From NCBI GenBank assembly GCA_963665125.2, contig CAXXUK010000001.1, forward strand, positions 3,488,001 to 3,552,000: a DNA stretch of 64,000 nucleotides, written 5' to 3'. Shown piece after piece: positions 9,916 through 19,539 of the stretch. A model generated the notes under the pieces. The model saw nothing but the letters and a program-made list of their open reading frames with translations, made no database searches and had not been told where the DNA came from. The translations under genes were made by a program, and so were the position numbers. Source of the stretch: an uncultured Desulfarculus sp. (GTDB lineage: Bacteria > Desulfobacterota > Desulfarculia > Desulfarculales > Desulfarculaceae). Numbering within the stretch: the first letter of the stretch is position 1; the number at the start of each line of letters is the position of its first letter.

Positions 9916-10620
9916 CTACTCCCCGCCCGTAAGCGGAACGAACCTCACTGGCAACAGATAATCTTTCTTCAGCGTGCCGTCGTGCTGCTTGGTGGCCAAG
10001 ACCAGTTCCTGATACCCCGAGGAGAGGCCCACGGGCATGATCAGCCTGCCGCCGGGCTTGAGCTGCTCGCGCAGTTTGGGCGGAATTCGCGTGCCCCCGG
10101 CGGTGACGATGACGGCGTCGAAGGGCCCGGCCTCGGGCCAGCCCTGCCAGCCGTCGCCGTGGCGCACATGCACGTTGGCGTAACCCAGGCCCTTGAGCGT
10201 CTCGGCGGCCTGGCGGGCCAGCTCGGGCACGATCTCGATGGTATAGACCTGCCCGGCGATATGGCCCAGGACCGCTGCCTGATAGCCCGAACCAGTGCCG
10301 ATCTCCAGCACGGTCTCCCCGCCGCTGAGACCCAGGGCCTCGGTCATATAGGCCACGATGTAGGGCTGGCTGATGGTCTGGTCATGTCCGATGGGCAAAG
10401 GGTAGTCTTCATAGGCCACGGACTGTAAATCAGATGGTACAAACATATGCCGGGCCACCTGACCCATGGCCGCGAGGACCTTGGCGTCGCGGACGCCCCT
10501 CCCGGCTATCTGCCGGCGGACCATCTCCCGGCGAAGGGCCTGCCAGTCCTGTTCTCCGGCCCACACCGGCCAGACCAGGGCCGCCGCGGCCACCAGCGCC
10601 AACCAAAAAGCGTGTTGCAT
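9916..10620 (-). CDS. pcm: protein-L-isoaspartate O-methyltransferase with N-terminal signal-like peptide
   Basis: QTISQPYIVA, VLEIGTGSGYQAAVL, GPFDAVIVTA, VRFVPL; hydrophobic N-terminus. Confidence 0.95.
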   Translation of the reverse strand: MQHAFWLALVAAAALVWPVWAGEQDWQALRREMVRRQIAGRGVRDAKVLAAMGQVARHMFVPSDLQSVAYEDYPLPIGHDQTISQPYIVAYMTEALGLSGGETVLEIGTGSGYQAAVLGHIAGQVYTIEIVPELARQAAETLKGLGYANVHVRHGDGWQGWPEAGPFDAVIVTAGGTRIPPKLREQLKPGGRLIMPVGLSSGYQELVLATKQHDGTLKKDYLLPVRFVPLTGGE

Positions 10621-10914
10621 CCGGCCACCCCCAAACCCCTATTAATGCCTATAGTATGAACCATCCGCTTTCGGTTTGCAGCACACGCCGAAGGCCATAA
10701 GCATTTTGGTCCGGCTTTTTTTATTTGTGTTCTTTCCACGGGCAGGACAATGAATAACCAATCATTCTGACAAGCGAAAAACCGTCCCCTGCCGGACCCG
10801 GAACCGAAAAAGTCGCGCCTTTGAAGCTTGTTTATTATTGCACAATTAAATTATTTGCGTATTATCCATTAGTTAAAATACACACAACTCCGGTTGAAAC
10901 ATAAGGGGGCCTTC

Positions 10915-11457
10915 ATGAAAAAAATGATCATCACCTTGCTGGGCACATGCCTGGTGCTGTACGCCGCTGCCGCCATGGCCGCCGACCAAACGGTTGTGCC
11001 CAACCATATCCAGCGTAAAGCCGCAACGAAGTTTTCCGATGTATACGGAAAGGGAGCAGGGCCGAACCAGGCCGTGACGGCCGACTTGCTGTCCTCCTGG
11101 CTCAATCACCGCGACGCCAACATCCGGGCCTGGGCCTGCTATGCCCTGGGCGAGGTGAAAAGCCCGGCCTATGCCGAACAACTCCGGGCCATGCTGGCCG
11201 ATCAAGACGCCGACGTGGTGCGCCTGGCCGCCAAGGCCTTGGGCAAAATCCAGGATAATGAAGCAGTTGTGGTGCTCAGCGAGATAATGCTGGACCAGAG
11301 ATATTGCTGCAATGTCCGTTGCGCCGCGGCCTGCTCCTTGGGCATGATCGGCGATGGGCGCGCCATGCCCGCCCTATGCACGGCCTGCAAGGACGGCAAT
11401 TCCCGAATAGCCGCCAATGCCGCAAAGTCAAAACTCCGCCTCGCCTCATCAAAATAA
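10915..11457 (+). CDS. secreted HEAT/PBS-lyase-repeat protein
   Basis: Signal peptide MKKMIITLLGTCLVLYAAAAMA; repeats IRAWACYALGEV, VRLAAKALGKI, VRCAAACSLGMI. Confidence 0.85.
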   Translation: MKKMIITLLGTCLVLYAAAAMAADQTVVPNHIQRKAATKFSDVYGKGAGPNQAVTADLLSSWLNHRDANIRAWACYALGEVKSPAYAEQLRAMLADQDADVVRLAAKALGKIQDNEAVVVLSEIMLDQRYCCNVRCAAACSLGMIGDGRAMPALCTACKDGNSRIAANAAKSKLRLASSK

Positions 11458-11480
11458 AACTAGCCGGCCTCGACCGCCCA

Positions 11481-11517
11481 AAAAGCTATCTCCTCTTGGG
11501 GATGGCTTTTTTATTTT
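11481..11517 (+). terminator. intrinsic terminator
   Basis: AAAAGCTATCTCC-TCTT-GGGGATGGCTTTT followed by a T-rich tail. Confidence 0.7.
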
Positions 11518-11587
11518 GCAACTCGATTAAACGGGTGTAACATTTTTTAACAAACAACACAAAAGCACCACCACACTGAGACACTCT

Positions 11588-13186
11588 ATGACTATCATCT
11601 TGAAATTGTCCACCGTTGGTGTCGTGTATTGGCTGCTATCCTGGCTTAGCCACGCTCTGGCCGAATACGCATACGGTATCAGCACAATCTGGATCGCCAC
11701 CGGATTTGGCTTTGCCGTATACCGTATTTATGGATGGAAAACCCTTCCGGCCATTTGGCTGGGAAGCATGATCGCCGGGTTAGGCTACAGCCCGCTCCCG
11801 GCCTCTGCGGCCCTTGCCACAGCAGATATGCTGGGCATCTTGATCGGCAACACAATCCTGTTCCGCTTTACCGGTAAAGATAAGATTTTCGACCGCACCC
11901 AGCATGTGGTAGCCTTTCTTTTCCTGGGAGCCTTGTCCGCGGCCCTGTTTTCCGCCTGGGCGGGAGTCACCAGTCTGACCCTGCTGTCTGATCTGCCCTT
12001 TAACGAGGCACCCCAGGTCTTTTGGATCTGGCTGCTTTCAAACCTTACCAGCGTAATAGTGGTGGCCCCTGCGGTCCTGGCCTGGTGGCACTACGGCATG
12101 CTCAAGCGCTTTTCAAACAACGTGCCGGAAATGCTTTTATTGCTGGTGCTGGTGACCTTCACCGGCTGGGTCCTCTATGGCCATACCTTCTCCGTCGTGC
12201 TCAGCAAGTATCCCCTGGTTTTCATCTTCACGCCCATCCAGGTTTGGGCCGCCTTCCGTCTGGGCCATCGAGGCCTGTTGAACTTGATTTTCTTGTCCAC
12301 GGCAATGGCCGTCTGGGGCACCTTGGCCGACCGCGGGCCTTTTTCCGGCCAGCCTTTTCCACAGAATGTATTGCTGGTGCAGGCCTACTCCCTGGTTATG
12401 AACGCCACCACCATGCTGATTCATGTTGTGGTCTATGAGCGCCGGGAGGCAATGCACTCGCTGGTTCTCAACCAGGACTCCACGTTGCTGGCCCTGGCGT
12501 CATTGGCCGAAACGCGCGACAAGGAAACCGGCGACCACATTATCCGCACCCAAAATTACGTACGGATCTTGGCCGAGGAATTGCGCCAGGTCCCCGGCTA
12601 TCAAAGGCAATTGTCCAAAGAAAAAGTAGAGCTCCTGTTCAAGACTTCCGCCCTGCACGACATCGGTAAAGTCGGCATACCCGACGCAATCCTGCTCAAG
12701 CCCGGCAAACTCACTCCTGAAGAATTCGAAACCATCAAGGATCACACCACCCTGGGCTACAATTCCCTGATGCGGGCCAATGAACGGCTGGGAGGAGCCA
12801 GCGACTTTCTGAAAATGGCGGCGGAAATCGCCCTTTGCCACCACGAAAGATGGGACGGCAAAGGCTATCCCAAGGGCCTGAAAAAGGAAATGATCCCCTT
12901 GCCCGGCAGGATAATGGCCCTGGCCGACGTCTATGACGCCCTGGTCAGCGCAAGGGTATACAAAAAGGCCATGAGCCATGACATGGCCCTGGACATAATC
13001 ATCGAAGGCAGGGGAACGCATTTTGATCCGGCCGTGGTTGATGCCTTTTTATGCACCGACCAGGCCTTTAAAATGGTCGCTATAAAATACGCCGACAAAC
13101 CGGCCGCTGATCAGGCTCTGGGTTTGCGGCGCAAACCGGTGCGGACCAACAGCCAACCGGCTATAAGGCAGCCGAACAGTATGTAG
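11588..13186 (+). CDS. MASE1-domain HD-GYP c-di-GMP phosphodiesterase
   Basis: Multi-TM N-terminus; RDKETGDH, LHDIGKVGIPD, HHERWDGKGYP, ADVYDAL. Confidence 0.92.
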   Translation: MTIILKLSTVGVVYWLLSWLSHALAEYAYGISTIWIATGFGFAVYRIYGWKTLPAIWLGSMIAGLGYSPLPASAALATADMLGILIGNTILFRFTGKDKIFDRTQHVVAFLFLGALSAALFSAWAGVTSLTLLSDLPFNEAPQVFWIWLLSNLTSVIVVAPAVLAWWHYGMLKRFSNNVPEMLLLLVLVTFTGWVLYGHTFSVVLSKYPLVFIFTPIQVWAAFRLGHRGLLNLIFLSTAMAVWGTLADRGPFSGQPFPQNVLLVQAYSLVMNATTMLIHVVVYERREAMHSLVLNQDSTLLALASLAETRDKETGDHIIRTQNYVRILAEELRQVPGYQRQLSKEKVELLFKTSALHDIGKVGIPDAILLKPGKLTPEEFETIKDHTTLGYNSLMRANERLGGASDFLKMAAEIALCHHERWDGKGYPKGLKKEMIPLPGRIMALADVYDALVSARVYKKAMSHDMALDIIIEGRGTHFDPAVVDAFLCTDQAFKMVAIKYADKPAADQALGLRRKPVRTNSQPAIRQPNSM

Positions 13187-13302
13187 CGGGAATGGACGAA
13201 ATCCAGCCACCACCAGGCCTCGGGCTGGGGATACAGATGGCATAGGGACACATAACCCGTGCCGGCCAGGATGGCGGCCAGTCCGAGGATAATAAATTTC
13301 AT
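13111..13302 (-). CDS. putative small 2-TM membrane protein (63 aa)
   Basis: MKFIILGLAAILAG...YILFGCLIAGWLLVR, 38 nt downstream of the GGDEF gene; overlaps the HD-GYP 3' end. Confidence 0.5.
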   Translation of the reverse strand: MKFIILGLAAILAGTGYVSLCHLYPQPEAWWWLDFVHSRYILFGCLIAGWLLVRTGLRRKPRA

Positions 13303-13340
13303 GGTCTTCACCCGTTGACGCGTCTGAGTAAAACCGGCGG

Positions 13341-14300
13341 CTAACTGGCTGCCGCCCGGTCGATGCTGCCCCTGGCGGCCACGCAATGGTTGCCGCCCGC
13401 CTTTTTGGCCTCATACATGGCCAAATCGGCCCGCATCAGAAAGCTATCGGGTTTTTCTTCCGGCTGCAACTGCGCAACACCCAGACTCATGAAAACAGGT
13501 GGCATTTGCTTTTCCAGAAAACTCATGGCAATGGGCCATTGCTCATTGAAGGAGTAGCGGAACCGGTCGGCCGCCACCAGGGCGCTTTCCAGATCGGTTT
13601 CCACCAACAGAAGGCAAAACTCGTCTCCGCCCACCCGGAATGCGGTGTCCTGTTCCCGGAGCATCTTTTTGGAGCAATCGGCAACCAGGCTCAAGATGGA
13701 GTCTCCGACCTGGTGGCCGAAGTTGTCGTTGAAAGGTTTGAAATTGTCCAGATCCAAGCAGATCAAACTAAGAGGGCGGCCGTAACGCGTGGCGCGGGAC
13801 ACCTCGTCGGACAAGGTGCTGTGAAAGTGACGGCGGTTATACAGGCCGGTTAGCGAATCGGTAATGGAAAGCCGGCGGAGTTCGTCTTCCAGCTGTTTGC
13901 GGCGGGTCATATCATGGAAAAATCCGACACTACCGATGACCTTGCCGCCCTTGACTATGGCCACCGCTGACAAACGTACCGGCGCCCATCGGCCTTCGCG
14001 GTTGCGGCCCTCGGTCTCATAGCCCTCCAAACGTCCCGGTCCTCCGTGGTCGTTGCCCATCAGGGCCTTATTAATTTCCCTGGCCCTTTCCATGGAACCG
14101 TATATTTCGGTGATGGACAGCCTTCCCAGCGCCTCTTGGGCCGTATAGCCGGTAAGCCTTTCCGCCGCGGGATTAAAAAAATTAATGACGCCCTTCAGGT
14201 CCACCCCGATAATCGCATCAGGGCACAGCATGGCCAATTCGTGGGCAAAATCATTTGCCGACACACCGCCCTCCACCAAGTACGTTCCCTTTTCCCTCAT
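13341..14300 (-). CDS. PAS-GGDEF diguanylate cyclase
   Basis: PAS (FNPAAERLTGY), DSLTGLYNRR, DLDNFKPFND, I-site REQD, GGDEF. Confidence 0.95.
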   Translation of the reverse strand: MREKGTYLVEGGVSANDFAHELAMLCPDAIIGVDLKGVINFFNPAAERLTGYTAQEALGRLSITEIYGSMERAREINKALMGNDHGGPGRLEGYETEGRNREGRWAPVRLSAVAIVKGGKVIGSVGFFHDMTRRKQLEDELRRLSITDSLTGLYNRRHFHSTLSDEVSRATRYGRPLSLICLDLDNFKPFNDNFGHQVGDSILSLVADCSKKMLREQDTAFRVGGDEFCLLLVETDLESALVAADRFRYSFNEQWPIAMSFLEKQMPPVFMSLGVAQLQPEEKPDSFLMRADLAMYEAKKAGGNHCVAARGSIDRAAAS

Positions 14301-14620
14301 GCCGTCACCCGAAAATCCATCATTGGCTTTAATATTAACTCACATCCGAGAAAGCAGATTTAGCACCATCGGGCAACTCTTGGCAATATGTGATTTATGT
14401 GTCCTGGTTAATTTATGTCAACCAAGTTTACAAAGCAAGGACGGATCATCATTACAAAAACCATTTACCAGCATTTGTTGGATGTTTGGCGCATATACTT
14501 GCGAAAGTACTTGGATTGTTGTGAAAAATATGTGTAGAATATTTTATTTCCTTCCTAGAATATGCACACCCTACACGATTTTGGTTTGATACTTCTCTAT
14601 TTAAGAAAAATGCGGCGATT

Positions 14621-15724
14621 ATGAGCGGCGCCTCGCATATTAAAAATCGGTCCACCAGGAAGGACCATGCCTATAACAAGCTGGTGGACCTTCTTCCCGG
14701 CATTTTGTTTGAAGCCGACCTGGAAACCAACATCACATTTACGGACAAATCTGGGTTGGCTACATTCGGCTACAACGAAGCCGACCTGGAAAACGGGCTA
14801 AGCTGCCTGAACATGGTGATACCCGAAGACAGGCCGAGGGTCGCGGCCAGTTTTGAACGCACCACAGGTGGAACCGATTTCGCCAGCGAATACACCGCCC
14901 TGCGCAAAGACGGCACAACCTTCCCCATGTTGGCCTATATTTCGCCCGTCAATTCAGGGGAAAAGGTCATAAGGTTTCTGGGCCTGGTGGTGGACATCAG
15001 CAAATTCAAGCAGGTGCAGGAAGACCTGGCCCAATCCGAGGAGAAATACCGGCTGGTGGTGGAAAACGCCAGCGAGGGCCTGCTCGTCACCGGGCAAGGC
15101 AAATTCCGTTTCGCCAACCCAAAGGCCTGTGAATTGCTGGGTTACGGCCCTGAAGAAATACATGGCATGGACTATCTCCAATTCGTACATGCCGATGACC
15201 TGGAAGTAGCCATCAAGGCACAACAACAACGGCGCGAAATCAGGCCCGGGGGCCCTCATCACAAATTCACCTGCCGGGTGTTCAACAAATACGGCAAAGA
15301 GGTTTGGCTGGAATTAAACGGCGTACCAATTGTGTGGGATGGAAGAGATTCCTGGCTCAATTTCGTCATAGACGTGACCCAGCAGCGGATGGCCCAGGAC
15401 GACGCCCTTTTACGCGCCAAATTGCAGGCCGCCATTGAGACGGCCGGAGCCACCTGCCATGAAATGAACCAGCCGCTGCAGGCCGTTGTTCTCATGACCG
15501 ACCTGATGATGACCCAGATGGACCGGGACGATCCCCTGTTGCCGCGCATGGAAAAGATGCGCCAGCAGGTGAGGCGCATGGCCGACATCACACACCGCCT
15601 CAACCGCATCACCTCATACAAGGTCAAGGATTATATCGGCCTAGGCAATATCCTTGACCTGGAATCCGTGGGACCGGAACGGGACCTGGACGACGACGAA
15701 GACGAAAGCCAAAAGACCGGCTGA
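14621..15724 (+). CDS. PAS-PAS protein ending in a HisKA-like phosphoacceptor region, no ATPase domain
   Basis: Two PAS/PAC domains; H-box ATCHEMNQPLQAV; no N, G1, F or G2 boxes before the stop. Confidence 0.85.
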   Translation: MSGASHIKNRSTRKDHAYNKLVDLLPGILFEADLETNITFTDKSGLATFGYNEADLENGLSCLNMVIPEDRPRVAASFERTTGGTDFASEYTALRKDGTTFPMLAYISPVNSGEKVIRFLGLVVDISKFKQVQEDLAQSEEKYRLVVENASEGLLVTGQGKFRFANPKACELLGYGPEEIHGMDYLQFVHADDLEVAIKAQQQRREIRPGGPHHKFTCRVFNKYGKEVWLELNGVPIVWDGRDSWLNFVIDVTQQRMAQDDALLRAKLQAAIETAGATCHEMNQPLQAVVLMTDLMMTQMDRDDPLLPRMEKMRQQVRRMADITHRLNRITSYKVKDYIGLGNILDLESVGPERDLDDDEDESQKTG

Positions 15725-15842
15725 TCAAGGCGTTTGCCAAGCCCGCCGGCAGACTCCCAATTGACCATCGAGCTTGATTGCCGCTATATTTAGCAGCGGA
15801 TACGCCTCATCTTTAATCACTACCAATTGAATTGATCAAGCA

Positions 15843-16475
15843 ATGACCACCAAGCAAAACCAATTTGACCACAAGGCCAAAGCCATGGACCAAAACCCCG
15901 TTATCAGGGAAATGGCCCTTAACTTTTCTTTGGCCATAACCAAACACATGCCCCCGTCACCGGAAATCGACGTTATGGATTATGGCTGCGGCTCGGGGTT
16001 GATCGGGATGCATCTATACAAGAACTACAGGTCCATGATCATGATGGACACGTCCGTGGGCATGCTGGAGATATTAAAGGAAAAAATCGAAGCCCAAAAC
16101 ATAACCAACATGCGGGTAATCAATTGCGGAATCGAAAATGCGCCGCTGGAACCGGGTTGTTTTGATCTGATTTATACGAACAACGTCCTGCACCACATAG
16201 CCGACATCCCCGGTTTTTTAGCCAACATCAAACCACTGTTAAAGACCGGCGGCCATTTGTGCATCGGCGATCTGGAAAAAGAGGACGGCACTTTTCATCC
16301 CGACGGCATGGATGTGGAGCATTTCGGCTTTGCCGAGCAGGAAGTGCGCGCCTATCTGAATGACAGCGGTTTTGGGGTAATGGATTACCAGCGGTACTAC
16401 ATCATCAACAAGCCGAACAAATACGGGGAGATGCAACAATATCCCTGCTTTTTTACCGCTTCCGGATTGGCGTGA
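15843..16475 (+). CDS. class I SAM-dependent methyltransferase
   Basis: MDYGCGSG motif I; FDLIYTNNVLHHI; DLEKEDGTFH. Confidence 0.92.
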   Translation: MTTKQNQFDHKAKAMDQNPVIREMALNFSLAITKHMPPSPEIDVMDYGCGSGLIGMHLYKNYRSMIMMDTSVGMLEILKEKIEAQNITNMRVINCGIENAPLEPGCFDLIYTNNVLHHIADIPGFLANIKPLLKTGGHLCIGDLEKEDGTFHPDGMDVEHFGFAEQEVRAYLNDSGFGVMDYQRYYIINKPNKYGEMQQYPCFFTASGLA

Positions 16476-17057
16476 TCAGAAAAGACCGGCCGCCCATGAG
16501 CGGATTTGTTCGGGGCTCAAATAATCGCCATCGCCTATCTCGGGCAAGGAAAACATGGCCACCCGCATGATCAGCCAATGCAACGGCTTAAGCTCGGCGG
16601 TGCTCAAGCGGCCCTTGAAAAAAGCAACGGCGACCGGCCGGATTCCGGGTATCAACTTGCGGAAATGATCCAAATAATACCTTGCCGTGTGGTTGCGTTC
16701 CATGGCCCTTAGGCGGGGGCGCGGCCTGTCGGGAGCGTCGAACCGGGGATCGACATACAGCGTTTGGTCCTGGTCCGCCTCACCGGCGGTGGCGCTCATG
16801 CAGGTAAAGAAAAAAGCGGTTTGGCTGACGGCGAGCCTGGCTTGGTTGTCTTTAAGGAACCGCTTTATCCTTGGCGTGCAGCGGCCCAGGCGAATGGGGC
16901 TGCCCACAGCCACCGCATCATATCCGGCAAGCTCCTGCCGTCCGGCAGGACCGATATCGACCTCGGGGCCGTTTGCGGCCAGCGCCTCGGCTATGACCTG
17001 GGCGGCGGAGGCCGTGGCCCCGTAGCCGGAGTCATATACCACCAGGATTTTTCGCAT
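16476..17057 (-). CDS. flavodoxin-domain protein (HemG-like)
   Basis: ILVVYDSGYGAT FMN loop, YDAVAVGSPI, GDYLSPEQIRSWA. Confidence 0.85.
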   Translation of the reverse strand: MRKILVVYDSGYGATASAAQVIAEALAANGPEVDIGPAGRQELAGYDAVAVGSPIRLGRCTPRIKRFLKDNQARLAVSQTAFFFTCMSATAGEADQDQTLYVDPRFDAPDRPRPRLRAMERNHTARYYLDHFRKLIPGIRPVAVAFFKGRLSTAELKPLHWLIMRVAMFSLPEIGDGDYLSPEQIRSWAAGLF

Positions 17058-17135
17058 TGGTTTAACTCCCAGTGCCCGTAGAAACATTTCGAGGACAAGA
17101 TGAAGTGATGATGTCCTGGTTAATCGAAATTCCGT

Positions 17136-17840
17136 CTAATCATCATCGCCGCCTTGACGGTTGTTCTTTCGAATCTCGGCCAACTCGGGATAGAGCTTTT
17201 CAATGCACTCCGGGCACAGGCCGTGGCTGAACTCGGCGTCTGAATGCTCGGCCAGATAGTATTCGATCTGCTGCCAATAGCCCTCGTCGTTGCGCACCTT
17301 CTTGCAATTGGCGCAGATGGGCAACAGACCCTGCAAGCTCTTGACCTGGGCCAGGGCCTCTTTCAACTCCGTGACCAGGCGCTGGCGCTCCAGCTCCAGT
17401 TCCTTGCGCCTGGTGATATCGCGCAAAATGCCCACCGAGCCGATGACCTTGCCGTTTTGGCCGTAATAAGGAAAACTATGGTCATTGACCCACTTGTAGG
17501 TGCCGTCCTTGCACTTTATCAGGTAGTCCAGCTGCACCTCGCCGGTGCGGCCCTCCTTGCGTTTGCGGCGGATCTCTTTCAGGTCAACGCCGGAACCATC
17601 GGGCGAATCAACTTCCACCACCAGCATGGAGAAGGACATCTCGTTGATTTCCTGGAGCGTATAGCCTGTGAGCCGGACGATGCCCGGGCTGAAATAGTCA
17701 TAGACCATCTCATCATAGCGGAGCTGGTAGAGCACATCGCCGGTGGTTTCAGCCAAAAACCGCAACCGCGCTTCTTCCTTGGCGCCTTCGGCCAGGCCTT
17801 TGATGATGGGCTGTTTCTTGCCGCGCTGGTCTTGGGCCAT
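17136..17840 (-). CDS. PAS-domain protein with a C-terminal Cys/His (putative Zn-binding) domain
   Basis: PAS/PAC, coiled coil, then LPICANCKKVR...FSHGLCPEC. Confidence 0.85.
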   Translation of the reverse strand: MAQDQRGKKQPIIKGLAEGAKEEARLRFLAETTGDVLYQLRYDEMVYDYFSPGIVRLTGYTLQEINEMSFSMLVVEVDSPDGSGVDLKEIRRKRKEGRTGEVQLDYLIKCKDGTYKWVNDHSFPYYGQNGKVIGSVGILRDITRRKELELERQRLVTELKEALAQVKSLQGLLPICANCKKVRNDEGYWQQIEYYLAEHSDAEFSHGLCPECIEKLYPELAEIRKNNRQGGDDD

Positions 17841-17852
17841 TGGTGCTCCTGT

Positions 17853-18731
17853 CTACAGCGGACCGCGTAGGGCCAGGCCCAGGGCCCGGTGGGTCAGTTT
17901 GGCCGCGGTAAAATCCCAGGCGCTCATGCCCAGGATCGGCGCCAGTTCCACCACATCAAAACCCACCACCGGACAGCGGGCGCAGACGGCCTCCAGCCAG
18001 GCGGTGACCTGTTCCCAGCTCAGGCCGCCGGGCTCGGGCGTGCCCGTGGCGGGCATGATGCCCGAGTCAAAGCCGTCGACATCCAGGCTCAGATACACCG
18101 GCCCCTCCAGGCCGTCCAGGGCCTTGGCCAGCCAGTCCGGATCGTTGTGCACGATGCGGGCCCAAACGGGCTTCAGGCCCCGGCTGCGCACCAGCTCCAT
18201 CTCCTCCAGAGAGCAACTGCGGCTGCCTATATGGCGAACCTCCAGGCCCAGATCCAGGGCCCGGCGCATGGCGCAGGCATGGGAATACTTGCTGCCATGG
18301 TATTGATCGCGCAGATCCAGGTGGGCGTCCAGACACAATACCGTGAAATCAGGCCCCCCCCTGTGTTTGACCATGGCCCGCAGGGCTCCCACGGTGACGG
18401 TGTGCTCGCCGCCCAAGACGATGGGCAGCCTGCCGCCGTCCAGCTCATAGGTCACCGCGGCCTGGATGCGCTCCAGGGCCCGTTCCAGGCTGCCGCGGCA
18501 GTCCACCACCGACCTGGTGACCACGCCCCGGCGCATGGGTTCTTCGTCAAGGGGGATGTCGTAGAGCTCCAATTGGTTGCTGGCGCAGATTATCGCCGCC
18601 GGGCCCAGGGCCGTGCCGCTGCCGTAACTGACGGTGGCTTCCAGGGGCACGGGAATGATGGCCGCCCTGGCCTGGTCCTCCGGCGGAATGGGAAGCTCGG
18701 AAAACGGTGTAATCGGTCCGGTTTCGGCCAT
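17853..18731 (-). CDS. speB: agmatinase
   Basis: GGEHTVT, DAHLDLRD, SLDVDGFD, TGTPEPGG, DVVELAP; divergent from arginine decarboxylase. Confidence 0.95.
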   Translation of the reverse strand: MAETGPITPFSELPIPPEDQARAAIIPVPLEATVSYGSGTALGPAAIICASNQLELYDIPLDEEPMRRGVVTRSVVDCRGSLERALERIQAAVTYELDGGRLPIVLGGEHTVTVGALRAMVKHRGGPDFTVLCLDAHLDLRDQYHGSKYSHACAMRRALDLGLEVRHIGSRSCSLEEMELVRSRGLKPVWARIVHNDPDWLAKALDGLEGPVYLSLDVDGFDSGIMPATGTPEPGGLSWEQVTAWLEAVCARCPVVGFDVVELAPILGMSAWDFTAAKLTHRALGLALRGPL

Positions 18732-18881
18732 TGGCCCGTCCTTTCGCCGACGATAGGAATACCATGTTGCTTACATGGCATTATATACTTAACCCCAGGC
18801 AGGATAAAAACGTTTCGCAAACAGTTTTTTTTGGCCGCTCGCTATTGACCAAAAAACAGATAGGAGGCACAATCCTACGCC

Positions 18882-19451
18882 ATGTTGGTGCCAAAATACA
18901 TATACCTGACCAAGGGCAAGGGCGTTCACCAGGAAAAACTGGCCAGCTTTGAGGCCGCCCTGCGCGATGCGGGCATCGCCGCCCAGAATATCGTGGAAGT
19001 TTCCAGCATTTTTCCGCCACACGCCACCCTGATTTCCCGAAAAAAGGGCCAGGAAATGCTGGTGCCGGGACAAATCCTCTATTGCGTGCTGGCCCGCAAC
19101 GACACCAACGAACCCCACCGCCTGATATCTTCGTCCATCGGCCTGGCCGTCCCGGCCGACCGCAGCCACCACGGCTATCTTTCCGAACACAAGGGCCGTG
19201 GCCAGAAAGCCCAGGCCGCCGGCGACTATGCCGAAGACCTGGCCGCCGAGATGCTGGCCAGCACCCTGGGCATAGAGTTCGACGTGAACCAGAGCTACGA
19301 TGAAAAACGCCAGGTCTTCAAGATGTCCGGCAAGATCATCAAGACCTCCAACATCACCCAGACCGCCGTGGGCCCCAAGGACGGCAAGTGGGTGACCACC
19401 GTGGCCGCGGCGGTGATGATCACCGGTTGGATCGATGCGCCCAGCCTCTAG
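18882..19451 (+). CDS. pdaD: pyruvoyl-dependent arginine decarboxylase
   Basis: SFEAALRDAGI, NIVEVSSIFPP (Ser-Ser self-cleavage site), GYLSEH, AEDLAAEML. Confidence 0.92.
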   Translation: MLVPKYIYLTKGKGVHQEKLASFEAALRDAGIAAQNIVEVSSIFPPHATLISRKKGQEMLVPGQILYCVLARNDTNEPHRLISSSIGLAVPADRSHHGYLSEHKGRGQKAQAAGDYAEDLAAEMLASTLGIEFDVNQSYDEKRQVFKMSGKIIKTSNITQTAVGPKDGKWVTTVAAAVMITGWIDAPSL

Positions 19452-19539
19452 CATCGGGCCATTGACTAGCGGTTCCCCGAAAAGCTAACATCAACGTAGA
19501 ACAAAGTCACAACTGAACCGATTCGCATACGAGGCATCC

